From an uncultured cyanobacterium (GTDB lineage: Bacteria > Cyanobacteriota > Cyanobacteriia > Cyanobacteriales > Cyanobacteriaceae), in NCBI GenBank assembly GCA_963749915.1, contig CAVVOP010000017.1, positions 32,001-96,000 of the forward strand: a stretch of 64,000 bases of DNA, written 5' to 3'. Shown here in pieces: positions 40,977 to 53,943 of this stretch. The notes beneath the pieces are model-generated. The model was given only the letters and a program-made list of their open reading frames with translations. It ran no database searches and was not told where the DNA came from. Position numbers and translations under genes: made by a program. Numbering within the stretch: position 1 is the first letter of the stretch; the number at the start of each line of letters is the position of its first letter.

Positions 40977-43900
40977 TTATTCACTGACTAAATAATTAAA
41001 CCAACTGTTGAGACTATCTAATTGTTGACCAGCTTTAATTGTACCTAAACCCCTCACAATTACCTTATTTTTGCCATAGACAAAGCGACTGCGCAAATGA
41101 GAAGGCAATTTTTCCGCTAATAGTAACCAAGCTGGTTCTTGCATCGGTGTTTCAAGAATAACGTTTTGCCTCCCTTCTGGTTTGATACGGGAAAAGCCGA
41201 TAGATTTCGCCTTCTGTTTTAACTCCGCTACCTGTAACAATTGTTGGGCAGGTTCAGGGATTTCGCCATATCTGTCTTGCCAATCCGCCTCTATTTGTTT
41301 AATTTCTCGTTGACTAGACACCGTTGCGATCGCACGGTAAGCATCCATTTTTTGTTCTAAATCAGGAATATAACGATTAGGAATTAATGCGGTGAGGGTT
41401 AAATCGATTTGTGTATCTTCCACCATGGGAATTTCCTGCCCTTGAATTTCGTTGATGGCTTCTTTTAACATCTCCGTGTACATATCAAAACCGATAGCTG
41501 CCATTTGTCCAGATTGCTCAGCACCAAGCAGACTGCCGACTCCACGAATTTCCATATCTCGCACGGCTAAATGATACCCTGAACCCAGTTGCGAAAACTC
41601 CTGTAAAGCACGTAACCGTTTTCGAGCGATATCCGATAAAGTCTTGTTGTCAGGGTATAATAACCAGGCATAGGCTTGTATTTCCGATCGTCCCACTCTC
41701 CCCCTAAGCTGATAAAGTTGGGCTAATCCGAATTTTTGGGCATCTTCGATAATTATTGTATTAACCCTCGGAATATCTAATCCAGACTCAATAATAGTCG
41801 TAGATACTAGCAAATCCGCATCACCGTTATTAAACCCTAACATCGTTGCCTCCAATTCTCCCTCTTGCATTTGACCATGGGCGATGGCTATCCTTAAACT
41901 AGGAATCATAGACTGAAGCATCGTCACGATTTTGTCCATGCCTTCGATACGGGGTAAAACATAGAAAATTTGTCCTCCTCGATCCAGTTCATTGCGAATT
42001 GCCGTGCGAATCACCTCCTCATTGAAGGGCAAAATATGGGTTTTGATGGGACGGCGACTAGGAGGAGGAGTGGTAATTAAACTCATTTCCCGTACCCCAG
42101 AAATGGACATATAAAGAGTACGAGGAATGGGCGTTGCGCTAAGAGTTAACACATCAATAGAGCGTTTCATCGCCTTAATTTTCTCTTTTTGGTTAACCCC
42201 AAATCTTTGCTCTTCATCAACTACTAATAAACCTAAATCTTTATACTTAATTTTATTGCTTAAAACTAGCTGAGTACCAACAACAATATCTAATTCTCCT
42301 GTGGCTAATTTTTGAATAATTTCCTTTTTTTCGGACTCCGTACGGAAGCGATTTAATAAGCCAATGTTGATCGGGTAAGGGGAAAATCTTTCTACCAAAG
42401 TATGATAATGTTGTTGAGACAAAATCGTAGTGGGAGCGATAAAAACTACCTGTTTATTACCCGCAGTCACGATCTTAAAAATAGTTCTAATGGCCACTTC
42501 AGTTTTGCCAAAGCCCACGTCACCACATACTAATCTATCCATCGGTCGATCGCTTTCTAAATCCCTTTTTACATCCTGAATTGCCTTCAATTGATCAGGA
42601 GTTGGTTGATAAGGAAAAGAGTCTTCTAACTCTAATTGCCAAGGGGTATCTTCGGGACAAGAATTACCTTTTAACTCCGATCTAGTAGCATACAATTTAA
42701 CTAAATCTACTGCTAATTTTTTGACAGATTTCCTAACTTTATTTTTGACATTTTTCCACTCTTTCCCAGACATATTATTCAATGGGGGAAGGTCTTCTCC
42801 TGTGAGCCTATAGCGGGATACTAATTCTAAACTATCCGCAGGAACTCTTAATACACCATCATTATATTTAATGACTAAATATTCTCTATTTTCACAAATT
42901 TCTAACTCTAAAAACTGTCCAATTCCATGATATTTATGGACAATAAAATCTTTAGGTCTAAGTTTGTTTAAATCAACCTGTTTTGAGGCAGCTTGACGGC
43001 GTTTTCTAATATAGGTTGGACTGGCCAAATTATGTTGTCCAAAAAACTCTCGATCGGTAACAACAGCGATGCGAAAAGTTGGTAGAATAAAACCTTCTAA
43101 TTCTGCTTGTCCGGAATATTTTAAAGCAGTAGAAGTATTTTGACGATGCAGTTTTTCTATTATCCCAAAATCAAGGGGATTGGGAATGAATTGGACAGGG
43201 CAATCGTGCTCTTGTAATAGGGCGACCGATCTACTGGGTTGGGCAGAAATTAACCATCTATTATACTTACTCAAATCAATAGAATTATAGATTTCTTTTT
43301 TGCCTCTTAAAATTTCTGCTAATTTAGCGAATTGATGAGGAGAAACAGGCAAAGGACGAGAGGACAAGTTAATAGTTGGGGTCTCATTATTATGAATTTC
43401 TAAGGCAATTTCTGATAGATGAATTTGGGGATATGTTATTAACTCTAAAGATGTCTGAAAATCTCGATGAATTTTTGTCATCGCCAAATCTCCCATACTG
43501 GAGACTTTGACTGATTCATTTCCCAAACTTAAGGACAAGGGGGCATCTTCTTTCCTCCCTTTAAAAGGGGGATTGTTTGCTAATTCGTTCATTAATTGCC
43601 ATTTTTCGTCAGCTTGTTCCACCCAAATATGGCTATGGGCTTGACATTGTTCCCACTCATCGATGGCAACTATGGTATTGTCGGGAAAATAGTCTAAAAT
43701 CGATGCGGGTTGATTATTTTCACCGTTAAATGCCAACCCCAAAAAACGAGTCATACCTTCGGGATAAATGCCATTTTGTAAATTTTCTTGCTCTGAAGTA
43801 GAAATATATGGTTTAATAACTTCCATGGTGGGTAGATTGTGACTAATTATGCTCTGCCATGTAGTGGGAGTCAGACTTAAGTCATCAATGTGATCCAAAC

Positions 43901-44603
43901 TTCGTTGGGATACAGGCTCGAATTCTCGAATCGACTCCAATTCGTCCCCGAAAAACTCTAATCTGACAGGTAATTCCGCCGAAACGGGAAAAATATCGAC
44001 TAAATTCCCCCTTTTTCCCCATTGTCCTTCAATTTCTACCAGATTAACTCGCTCATACCCCATCCTCGCTAAAGTTAAATCAATGTGCTTACTATCAAAA
44101 TTCATGCCCTTGTTCAAATTTAAGCAATAGTCAGCAAACACCGAGGACGGAGGTAAATGAGGTTGAAGGGCCTTTTCGGTGGTGACAACGGCAACAGGAG
44201 TTGTTGGGGAATTACATCTAATACTCGTATCATCCTGACCGAGAAGACTTAAAAGGGTCTGCATTTGCCCCCAAATCATCTCAGATTCACAATTAAAATG
44301 CTCATAGGGTGTTGCTTCAGAGGTGGGATAGAAAAAAACTTGTTTCCAGCCCATAACCTCAATATTTGCCACCCAACGGGCAGCTTCTTCTAGGGTAGCG
44401 CACACTACAAGTAAGTTTTTCTTCTCTCCTTGGGCTATAGCAGAGATAACTAAACCTTTAGGTAATCGAGCAACACCTTGTAAGTTAAGGATTTTGAAGG
44501 TGTTGAGTTTCTGGGTTAATTCTGTGGTTAAAGGTGAATTTGCGATGTTACGGAGGACGGAGTCGAACATTGACGATTGTAGTTTCTGAATTTCCCTACT
44601 CAT
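40977..44603 (-). CDS. mfd: Transcription-repair coupling factor
   Basis: [45 protein letters not shown] motif and TRCF C-terminus. Confidence 0.97.
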   Translation of the reverse strand: MSREIQKLQSSMFDSVLRNIANSPLTTELTQKLNTFKILNLQGVARLPKGLVISAIAQGEKKNLLVVCATLEEAARWVANIEVMGWKQVFFYPTSEATPYEHFNCESEMIWGQMQTLLSLLGQDDTSIRCNSPTTPVAVVTTEKALQPHLPPSSVFADYCLNLNKGMNFDSKHIDLTLARMGYERVNLVEIEGQWGKRGNLVDIFPVSAELPVRLEFFGDELESIREFEPVSQRSLDHIDDLSLTPTTWQSIISHNLPTMEVIKPYISTSEQENLQNGIYPEGMTRFLGLAFNGENNQPASILDYFPDNTIVAIDEWEQCQAHSHIWVEQADEKWQLMNELANNPPFKGRKEDAPLSLSLGNESVKVSSMGDLAMTKIHRDFQTSLELITYPQIHLSEIALEIHNNETPTINLSSRPLPVSPHQFAKLAEILRGKKEIYNSIDLSKYNRWLISAQPSRSVALLQEHDCPVQFIPNPLDFGIIEKLHRQNTSTALKYSGQAELEGFILPTFRIAVVTDREFFGQHNLASPTYIRKRRQAASKQVDLNKLRPKDFIVHKYHGIGQFLELEICENREYLVIKYNDGVLRVPADSLELVSRYRLTGEDLPPLNNMSGKEWKNVKNKVRKSVKKLAVDLVKLYATRSELKGNSCPEDTPWQLELEDSFPYQPTPDQLKAIQDVKRDLESDRPMDRLVCGDVGFGKTEVAIRTIFKIVTAGNKQVVFIAPTTILSQQHYHTLVERFSPYPINIGLLNRFRTESEKKEIIQKLATGELDIVVGTQLVLSNKIKYKDLGLLVVDEEQRFGVNQKEKIKAMKRSIDVLTLSATPIPRTLYMSISGVREMSLITTPPPSRRPIKTHILPFNEEVIRTAIRNELDRGGQIFYVLPRIEGMDKIVTMLQSMIPSLRIAIAHGQMQEGELEATMLGFNNGDADLLVSTTIIESGLDIPRVNTIIIEDAQKFGLAQLYQLRGRVGRSEIQAYAWLLYPDNKTLSDIARKRLRALQEFSQLGSGYHLAVRDMEIRGVGSLLGAEQSGQMAAIGFDMYTEMLKEAINEIQGQEIPMVEDTQIDLTLTALIPNRYIPDLEQKMDAYRAIATVSSQREIKQIEADWQDRYGEIPEPAQQLLQVAELKQKAKSIGFSRIKPEGRQNVILETPMQEPAWLLLAEKLPSHLRSRFVYGKNKVIVRGLGTIKAGQQLDSLNSWFNYLVSE

Positions 44604-44644
44604 AATTAACTATTAATTATAGTCCCACAACTCACTTAAAATTG

Positions 44645-47600
44645 CTATATTGCTTCAACAAATTGCCAATAATCATCATACAATTGGCGATAGTCATAAT
44701 TTTTAGCTAAATTTTTGGCATTTTTTGAAATATAGCCTAATTCCTGATTGTTGATTAATAATTGTGAGATAATATCTGTGTATTTAGTTAAGTTATCTTC
44801 AATTATTGCCTGAATTTGATGATCAACCTTATAACCACGAAAAGCAATATTTGTACCTAAAATAACTTTACCAAAACTCATGGCTTCCATTATTTTTAGA
44901 GATGAACCGGTACCAGACAACATCGGTGCTAAAATTAATTTAGCTTGTTGATAAACTATGATTAATAATTCTACATCCACTTTTCCCAGGGAGACAAAGT
45001 TATCATTATTTTCTGCTTGGCAACAACTACCAATCAAAATAAATTTACAAGGAGGTTGATATTTTTTTTCTCGATAATTAGAGGCTATTTGTCTAATTTC
45101 TTTCACCGCTTGAAGATTCGGAAAATGTGCACTTCCCACGAATAAACAATAATTTTCTGTTAGCCAAGGATAGATATTAAGCCATTTTTTGTGATTATTA
45201 ATAGCTTTTTCGCTGACAGATAAATCCAGGTTAACAGGATTAGGGATAACTTTACTATTTATATCCCATTTATGTAAAAATTCCTGATCTTCTTTAGATA
45301 CACATACTACTTGATTCCCTGTTTTTAAACTGGAGATTTCTTCTGCTAATAAAATTTTATAAATAGGGGCGTTTACTGATACCTGTTGACATAAAATATC
45401 ATGGGCGGTAATAATTAATTGAACTTTTTTTTCCTGACAAATTTTACTGATAGTTTTCCCCCAAAAGGGATATTCTAACATAACTATATCTGCCCAATTT
45501 GTTATTTTTTCTAGCCATTTTTTAAAGTTATCATCAAAGCGAAATTGATTGTACATACTTAAGCGCCAATCTTCTTTAATTTGTTCGATATTTTCCTCTT
45601 GTTTTTGACTATTTTTCTTATTATCACCATCAACCTCTTTTAATTGATTGGTATTAATTAAGGAATCATAACTACTAGTATAAACTTGGTTAACTAATTC
45701 TGAATAGTCAAAATTTTGGGCATAAAAACTATAACGTACATTATCTAAAATTAACTCTTTTTCTCCACCAATAGTAAATAACCATATAGAATTACCTTTT
45801 TTTTCTAGGTAATCAATCAATAACCCTACCCGTTGACTTGCCCCCGCTTTTCTTTCTAAAATGTCCCCCCAAGGATACAATATCGCAATTTTTTTCCCTC
45901 CTTCACTAAGGTTATTTTTTACTCGGCGATCCCCTAGGGTCACTTTTAAAACATCATTAATTATCTGTTGATATTCTGATTTATGATTACCCCAAATCAA
46001 ATCTATAACTTTACTATTTTTTATCCACTTATTTTCAAATACTAAGTTATTAAAACTTGGTAAATTGTAAGCAAATAAATGAGGATGATAATTGATAATT
46101 TTTTGAGCATGATGTTGATGATTGGCTATAATAACTTTTACCTGACTGAATAAATTAAATTCTTGTTTTAATTCTTGCTGATCAGTTTCTTGATTATTAA
46201 TAATGGCATATTGATAAGATTGTAAATAAGATACTTGACAGATAACAGGAATATTATTCAAACCCATTTTATTTACTAAAATCTGATTAGTAATAGAGTC
46301 AATAAAAACACTATCTAAATTTTCCTTTTGTAGATAATTAATTAAACTATCAGGAATCAATAGACTATTAGCATCAATTAAGTTTCTGGTAAAAGTTATT
46401 TCATTATGAAAAACATTACCAAAATATTTTTGCTGATTTAAACCTTTAATAAATTCAGGGAACTTCCCTAATCTTAAAAACCAAATATTTTCAAAATTAC
46501 AGTAATTTAAGATGGAAGAAACTTGTTGTTCAAAATTGTTATGACTATCTCCATTTAATTCTGAATTAAGAGAATAAATAATTAGATAAATTTTATAACC
46601 TAAATCTGATAAATATTGTAAATGACTGATAATAACTTGTCCATGAATATCTAAATTCAGTAAATTATTACCTCTAATAATAGCTAAAATTTTGGGATTA
46701 TTTACTAAAGGCTGTATTTTTTGTTCACCTTCTGAATTATTCAACAAATTATCAGTAAAATCGACTTTTGATAAAAGACAATCTATTAAACTATCAGGAG
46801 AATGTTTTTTACACCAATTAATACTAAATTTCTGAGCATTTTTTTTGTACTCATTAATATTGTCAATTACATGGATAATCGTTTGGCTAATTTCTTGGGG
46901 ATGTTGATAAATTCCCCCTCTACTTTTATCGACTTGACTGGCCAACCAACTATTGGCAGGCACAATTACAGGTTTTCCGGCAGCTAAAGATTCCGTTAAA
47001 ACCCCCGAAGTTCGATAACGATAACTATTAACATCATAGGGAATAACTAACAAATCTGCACTCATTAATAAGTTATAGTATTCCTCTGTTGTTATGGGAT
47101 TTTTGATAATTTTAACTATATCTTGGGGATATTCTTCAAGTTTTAATCGACTGGCTAAAATCCCTCTTTCCCCAGCATTAATATTAAAGTTAGATTGAAT
47201 TGTTATCCTAATTTTTTTTGTGATTAAATAATCTTTCCATAAGTCAGCTACTATTTGTGGTAAATATAAATAACCTTTTTCAATTCTAGCATCACCTAAA
47301 TAAACTAAATGTAAAGATTGATTCTCTGTTTTTAAGGTTATAGTTTGTTGTAAATTTTCTTGTCTAAATGGTACAGGTATTTCTATTAGTTTAACAGGGG
47401 AAAGATTATTATAACGCTCAACTAATTGTTGTGTATCCGTATAAAATCTTACTTTTTGCGGAAATAATTTACATTGATAAAATTGAGTTAAACAAGCACT
47501 AATACCTATTCCTTGAGCATTCTTAACTAAACAATCGTCAATATCTCGTCTTAACATTATATGATATTGTGGTAAATTATTTAATTCTTTTTTTTGTAAA

Positions 47601-48313
47601 AAATATAATATTTTTTCCAATTGTTCTATGCTTAAAGTATGAATAAAAATATGATCATCACTAGTAATTTGTAAGGAATTAATGGTTTGATTAAAAGATT
47701 CAATAAAGCTATCATTAAAGATGATTAATAATCTTTTAATAATTTTATGGATGACTTTTTTAATAATTTTAATATTAAATCTAATTATACCCCAAATTAT
47801 TTTTGATATTCCCCAAAGAGTATTAGTAAAAGGAATATACTTAATTAAATTGATGTCCTCTTTAATCCATTGAGTTAATCTGAATAAACTACCTTCTACT
47901 TTTCCTAAAAATCCTCTTGTTTTGGGTTGAGTTAATTTTAGTTTAAAAATTTGATAATTAACCTTTTCTTGATAATGTTTAATCCGGTCAGCTAAACTGG
48001 AATCGTCTTGATTATTAATAAAGTTTTTAAGTTTTTTTTGTATAAAACTTAATTTTTGAGTAGAGTTATTAAACCAATCTACTTTAAAGATAGAAATTAC
48101 TTTAATATTATTAGGATATAAAGAAGAAGAAAAATTTTTATTAGCGATAATAAATACTTTATAACCACGCCTTTGAGCCGCCTCCGCTACCGATAAACTG
48201 CACTCGTAATGGTGGCCTTGTAAATCCTGTAGAGAATGATCAATAATAATAAATCTTTTCACTTTATTTTTAACAAACAAAATTAATAATTGATGGATAA
48301 TATTATCTAGCAA
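44645..48313 (-). CDS. Large multi-domain GT-B (GT4-like) glycosyltransferase
   Basis: Two GT-B C-lobe signatures: YLGDARIEKG...SGVLTESLAAGKPVI and FVGSAHFPN...SGTGSSLKIMEAMSFGK. Confidence 0.8.
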   Translation of the reverse strand: MLDNIIHQLLILFVKNKVKRFIIIDHSLQDLQGHHYECSLSVAEAAQRRGYKVFIIANKNFSSSLYPNNIKVISIFKVDWFNNSTQKLSFIQKKLKNFINNQDDSSLADRIKHYQEKVNYQIFKLKLTQPKTRGFLGKVEGSLFRLTQWIKEDINLIKYIPFTNTLWGISKIIWGIIRFNIKIIKKVIHKIIKRLLIIFNDSFIESFNQTINSLQITSDDHIFIHTLSIEQLEKILYFLQKKELNNLPQYHIMLRRDIDDCLVKNAQGIGISACLTQFYQCKLFPQKVRFYTDTQQLVERYNNLSPVKLIEIPVPFRQENLQQTITLKTENQSLHLVYLGDARIEKGYLYLPQIVADLWKDYLITKKIRITIQSNFNINAGERGILASRLKLEEYPQDIVKIIKNPITTEEYYNLLMSADLLVIPYDVNSYRYRTSGVLTESLAAGKPVIVPANSWLASQVDKSRGGIYQHPQEISQTIIHVIDNINEYKKNAQKFSINWCKKHSPDSLIDCLLSKVDFTDNLLNNSEGEQKIQPLVNNPKILAIIRGNNLLNLDIHGQVIISHLQYLSDLGYKIYLIIYSLNSELNGDSHNNFEQQVSSILNYCNFENIWFLRLGKFPEFIKGLNQQKYFGNVFHNEITFTRNLIDANSLLIPDSLINYLQKENLDSVFIDSITNQILVNKMGLNNIPVICQVSYLQSYQYAIINNQETDQQELKQEFNLFSQVKVIIANHQHHAQKIINYHPHLFAYNLPSFNNLVFENKWIKNSKVIDLIWGNHKSEYQQIINDVLKVTLGDRRVKNNLSEGGKKIAILYPWGDILERKAGASQRVGLLIDYLEKKGNSIWLFTIGGEKELILDNVRYSFYAQNFDYSELVNQVYTSSYDSLINTNQLKEVDGDNKKNSQKQEENIEQIKEDWRLSMYNQFRFDDNFKKWLEKITNWADIVMLEYPFWGKTISKICQEKKVQLIITAHDILCQQVSVNAPIYKILLAEEISSLKTGNQVVCVSKEDQEFLHKWDINSKVIPNPVNLDLSVSEKAINNHKKWLNIYPWLTENYCLFVGSAHFPNLQAVKEIRQIASNYREKKYQPPCKFILIGSCCQAENNDNFVSLGKVDVELLIIVYQQAKLILAPMLSGTGSSLKIMEAMSFGKVILGTNIAFRGYKVDHQIQAIIEDNLTKYTDIISQLLINNQELGYISKNAKNLAKNYDYRQLYDDYWQFVEAI

Positions 48314-48363
48314 ATAGGTCCTTTATCAGCTAAATTAGAGAATAAATTAACGAAAGGATTATC

Positions 48364-48843
48364 ATGATTAGAATTGGCAATGGTTACGATTTACACCGAT
48401 TAGTTGAGGGTAGAAAACTTATTTTAGGTGGTATAAAAATAGATCATCATCTCGGATTATTAGGTCATAGTGATGCTGATGTTTTAACTCATGCTATCAT
48501 GGATGCTTTATTAGGTGCTTTAAGTTTAGGGGATATTGGTCATTATTTTCCTCCCACTGATCCCCAATGGGCAGGGTCTGATAGCATGGATTTGTTGGCT
48601 CAAGTACATCAATTAATCCTCGATCGAGAGTGGATTATTGGTAATATTGATAGTGTGATAGTGGCAGAACGCCCTAAATTAAAACCTCATTTACCTGCCA
48701 TGATTAATTCTTTAGCCCAAAAATTGGCGATCGCACCTGATAAAATAAGTATAAAAGCGACAACCAATGAAAAATTGGGTCCTGTAGGTAGAGAAGAAGG
48801 GATTTGTGCCTATGCAGTAGTGTTATTATGTCAAGATAATTAA
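48364..48843 (+). CDS. ispF: 2-C-methyl-D-erythritol 2,4-cyclodiphosphate synthase
   Basis: [25 protein letters not shown]. Confidence 0.97.
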   Translation: MIRIGNGYDLHRLVEGRKLILGGIKIDHHLGLLGHSDADVLTHAIMDALLGALSLGDIGHYFPPTDPQWAGSDSMDLLAQVHQLILDREWIIGNIDSVIVAERPKLKPHLPAMINSLAQKLAIAPDKISIKATTNEKLGPVGREEGICAYAVVLLCQDN

Positions 48844-48963
48844 ACAATTCTTAATAATTTTTTCTTTAGAAAGGTGTTCAAAGTTTCATACCGTAATGTT
48901 ATCGGTTTTCGTTATCATAGTCATAGTCACATAAAAGCTGAAATTTAATAAATATTTGAGATT

Positions 48964-49200
48964 ATGTCTTTAGCATTAACCAACGAAAACGTAGAACAAG
49001 TTTTAGACGAATTACGTCCTTACCTCATGGCTGATGGTGGTAACGTCGAATTGGTAGAAATCGATGGGCCGACGGTAAAATTAAGATTACAAGGTGCTTG
49101 TGGTTCTTGCCCCAGTTCTACTATGACTCTTAGAATGGGTATTGAACGCCGTTTAAGGGAATATATCCCAGAAATTGCTGAAGTGGAACAAGTTATTTAG
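48964..49200 (+). CDS. nfu: NifU C-terminal/Nfu Fe-S carrier
   Basis: [21 protein letters not shown] (CxxC). Confidence 0.93.
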   Translation: MSLALTNENVEQVLDELRPYLMADGGNVELVEIDGPTVKLRLQGACGSCPSSTMTLRMGIERRLREYIPEIAEVEQVI

Positions 49201-49280
49201 TTTCAATCATCATTAAAACATTAAATATTAAGAGGGTTATCTATTATGACAATAATTAGGATCGCCCTCTTCTTTAAATT

Positions 49281-50084
49281 ATGATCGAAGCGTTACAATT
49301 TGAGTTCATGCAGAATGCCATTCTAGCGGGTATTTTAGTTAGTATCGCCTGTGGTATTATTGGGACTTTTGTAGTCGTTAACCGTATTGTTTTTATTAGC
49401 GGGGGCATCGCCCATGCGGCTTATGGTGGCATTGGTTTAGGCTACTTCTTCCGTTTTAATCCCATTTTAGGTGCCATCGCCTTTGCTGTATTCTCAGGAA
49501 TAGCCATGGGATTGGTGGAAAGAAATACTAAAGAAAGAGCAGATACGATCATCGGCACAATGTGGGCTATAGGTATGGGAATCGGTATTATTCTCATCGA
49601 TTTAACCAAGGGATATAAAGCCAATTTGATGAGTTATCTTTTCGGCAGTATTTTAGCTGTCCCCAAAAGTGACTTATTAATCATGACAATTTTAGATGTG
49701 ATTATTGTGGCGATGGTGTGTTTATTTTATAAAGAATTATTAGCTATTTCTTTTGATCCCATTTTTGCTACGACTCGTAACATTCCCGTCAATGCACTGT
49801 ATTTGATGTTAATTAGTGCGATCGCTTTAACCATAGTCATGGTGATGCAAGTAGTCGGGTTAATCATGGTGATTGCTTTATTAACTATCCCTGCCGCCGT
49901 AGCCAATCAATTTGTGCAAGAAATCAAACAAATGATGATATTAAGTAGTATTTTGGGAGTATTATTTATTTTAATTGGTTTATGGCTTTCCTATGCCTTT
50001 AATCTCACCTCTGGGGCAACAATTATTATTGTATCAGGATGTGCTTATTTCTTCAGTTTAGGAGTTAAAACTATCATCAGTTAA
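49281..50084 (+). CDS. Zn/Mn ABC transporter permease (ZnuB-like)
   Basis: GIAHAAYGG, YLFGSIL, VVGLIMVIALLTIP, SGATI. Confidence 0.9.
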   Translation: MIEALQFEFMQNAILAGILVSIACGIIGTFVVVNRIVFISGGIAHAAYGGIGLGYFFRFNPILGAIAFAVFSGIAMGLVERNTKERADTIIGTMWAIGMGIGIILIDLTKGYKANLMSYLFGSILAVPKSDLLIMTILDVIIVAMVCLFYKELLAISFDPIFATTRNIPVNALYLMLISAIALTIVMVMQVVGLIMVIALLTIPAAVANQFVQEIKQMMILSSILGVLFILIGLWLSYAFNLTSGATIIIVSGCAYFFSLGVKTIIS

Positions 50085-50172
50085 CCATATTATTACTATA
50101 CTCCAGTTGAATAAGGAAGTCATAGGTGATGTACACCGCGAAGCGGATCCCTGGGGGATCGCTATTTTGAAC

Positions 50173-51102
50173 TTATAAAACCTGTGCCCTTAACCATGCT
50201 ACAGGTAAATAAAACATTTTACGGGGAGTTGATACAAAAGCACGGTATTTAAAGACATCATAGTTATTTTTGACGATGACATCGAGGATGCCTTGATATA
50301 TCATTAAAGCAGACCACACGGGCCAACGTCCATCAGGATTTAAGGCTTTAATACCGCTTTCGGCTTGTTGATAGTAGTCTTTAGCTCGGTTTATTTGAAA
50401 CTCCATTAAACTACGCCAACGATCGTCAATTACACCATTAAATAAGTCTTCCTCGGTATAATTAAACTTTTCTAAGTCTTCTAAGGGTAAATAGATACGA
50501 TTTCTACTTGTATCTTCCCCTACGTCTCGGAGAATGTTGGTTAATTGATTGGCAATACCAAGGGCGATCGCTTCTTCTTTGGGAATATATACTGAATTAT
50601 GATACCAAGGGGCGTTTAAGTAAGTTTCATCCACTCCCAACACGTCTGAAGACATTAAGCCCACAGTTCCAGCCACACGGTAACAGTAAAGTTTTAACTC
50701 CTCAAAAGTCTCATAACGATTGCGGTGTAAATCCATTCTTTGCCCAGCAATCATATCCTTAAAGGGTTGAATATCCATCGGAAAACGCTGGAGAGTGTCC
50801 ACTAACGCCACATCGGGATCATCGATAGGTTGCCCTGCAAATACTGATTCTAACTGTTGTTCCCATAAATTAAGGGTTTCGGGAGTTGTTAACTTGGCTT
50901 GAGGACCATCCACTAATTCATCTGTACGCCGACACCAGACATATATCGCCCAGATAGCACATCTTTTCTCTTTGGGCATCAATAAAGTGCCCAAATAAAA
51001 GGTTTTAGAATACTTTGCTGTTACCTGACGACAGTATTCATAAGATTCCTCTGGGGAGGCTAAGGGTTGTTTCGGTTGTAATTTTTTATGCAGTTGCAGC
51101 AT
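50173..51102 (-). CDS. crtB: Phytoene synthase
   Basis: YSKTFY, CRRTDELVD, YCYRVAGTVG, NQLTNILRDVGED. Confidence 0.97.
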   Translation of the reverse strand: MLQLHKKLQPKQPLASPEESYEYCRQVTAKYSKTFYLGTLLMPKEKRCAIWAIYVWCRRTDELVDGPQAKLTTPETLNLWEQQLESVFAGQPIDDPDVALVDTLQRFPMDIQPFKDMIAGQRMDLHRNRYETFEELKLYCYRVAGTVGLMSSDVLGVDETYLNAPWYHNSVYIPKEEAIALGIANQLTNILRDVGEDTSRNRIYLPLEDLEKFNYTEEDLFNGVIDDRWRSLMEFQINRAKDYYQQAESGIKALNPDGRWPVWSALMIYQGILDVIVKNNYDVFKYRAFVSTPRKMFYLPVAWLRAQVL

Positions 51103-51291
51103 TCATCCCTGCTGAAATAGTTAGCTAAATATAAATTTTAAAATAAGAATGATGACAATTCTATAGTATTGTCTCACTTTCTGACCCATTTTCATAATTG
51201 ATTATCGGTCAACTTCTTTCTGTAGAGCAAGTATTCTCACCAACCTACAAAAAGAGGTTTCAATTTAGGTTGGGCAATGCTAACCCCACTG

Positions 51292-52710
<1,419 letters not shown>

Positions 52711-52763
52711 CTATTTTTTGTTTACTGTTTTACTATTTCTCCCTACTATTTTAGTAGCAATTC

Positions 52764-52791
52764 TTGACATTTCGTTACATTTTTTAAAGAT
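52764..52791. promoter_or_regulatory. Candidate HLR1 (RpaB) direct repeats upstream of crtP
   Basis: TTGACATT-tc-GTTACATT-tt-TTAAAGAT at a 10-bp period; the middle unit matches (G/T)TTACA(T/A)(T/A). Confidence 0.45.
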
Positions 52792-52922
52792 TTTTTTGGC
52801 CGATGGTTTATTCCTCGTGTTTTACCATTTATGAATGGGATAATTTATCAACTTCGTGGGAACATTGACACATTATTTCAAACCGTGGCACCAAACTATA
52901 TTCTGAAAGAATACAGAGGTGA

Positions 52923-52996
52923 TGGACGTAACTGGATTCGAACCAGTGACCCCATCGATGTCAACGATGTACTCTAACCAACTGAGCTATACGTCC
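52923..52996 (-). tRNA. trnV: tRNA-Val(GAC), CCA not encoded
   Basis: GGACGTATAGCTCAGTTGGTTAGAGTACATCGTTGACATCGATGGGGTCACTGGTTCGAATCCAGTTACGTCCA; acceptor stem GGACGTA/TACGTCC, GAC anticodon, GTTCGAATC T-loop. Confidence 0.97.
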
Positions 52997-53202
52997 TCGT
53001 CAGAAACCATTATATCTTCAATAATTAAGATCTGGCAAGGATGTTTTGGTTTTTGGCAGATTTCTACAATACATACACTAATAGTAAGTATTCTTTAACT
53101 GAGTCCCTCCATAAGATGAAAGTCTCATGTTCCGTTCTAAATACAAGTGATAGTAGTGATATAATGACTTCGTTTAACATTTAAGAATAAACTAAACAGT
53201 CT

Positions 53203-53706
53203 TTGAGTCAATCACTAGAAATTCCGAAACTCGATACCTTGGCGCAAGAATTAGCAGCTATTCAGCAAACTAGCTCAAAAAAGATAGCTATGCTAGGTTC
53301 TCGCCATGTTCCGATCACTCATCAACATTTAATCGAAATGATGAGTTACGCACTTGTGTTAGAAGGCAATAGAATCATTACCTCTGGTTCAGCGGGTACC
53401 AACTCCGCAGCTATCCGAGGGGCAATGCGTGCCGATCCCAATTTGCTGACAGTAATACTACCCCAAAGTCTTAACCGGCAACCGAGAGAATCACAGGATC
53501 AACTCAATCAGGTCATTCACTTAGTAGAAAATCCTGATCATGATCATCTTTCTTTAGGAGAAGCTAGTGCTATTTGCAACCGTGACATTATTTCTCGTTG
53601 TCAGCAATTGATTTGTTTTGCTTTTCATGATAGTCATACTCTAATGCAAACTTGCGAAGAGGCTGATGAACAACGAAAATTAGTCACTCGATTTTATTTT
53701 GATTAA
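53203..53706 (+). CDS. Conserved cyanobacterial Rossmann-fold protein (DprA/SMF-like nucleotide-binding family)
   Basis: IAMLGSRH, ITSGSAGTN, ICFAFHDS. Confidence 0.75.
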   Translation: MSQSLEIPKLDTLAQELAAIQQTSSKKIAMLGSRHVPITHQHLIEMMSYALVLEGNRIITSGSAGTNSAAIRGAMRADPNLLTVILPQSLNRQPRESQDQLNQVIHLVENPDHDHLSLGEASAICNRDIISRCQQLICFAFHDSHTLMQTCEEADEQRKLVTRFYFD

Positions 53707-53943
53707 TTGTGCAAGGGGATTTACCGCCAGAGGCTTAAGGCAAAAACATCTGATTTTGTCTTGTCTCATGGTCAAAATATTTTACTTTAAGTAGTATCAA
53801 GGAAAAGTATTTATAAATTAAAATCAAGGAACGTTGAGATTAAGATACAACTGGAGAAAATCATCATTAGTCATGAGTATTTGATAAAGATGTGAGATAA
53901 TTAAGTATTGTTAACAAAATTATTAACTAACATATTATATTAC

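Noticed and set aside
50136..50163. accgcgaagcggatccctgggggatcgc as an ncRNA
   Set aside because: Short palindrome ending in a HIP1-like GGGATCGC between convergent genes; more likely a small dispersed repeat or terminator, and only one clear copy here.
52923..52996. tRNA-Val as an island integration site
   Set aside because: No integrase and no duplicated tRNA 3' end seen; flanked by core genes.
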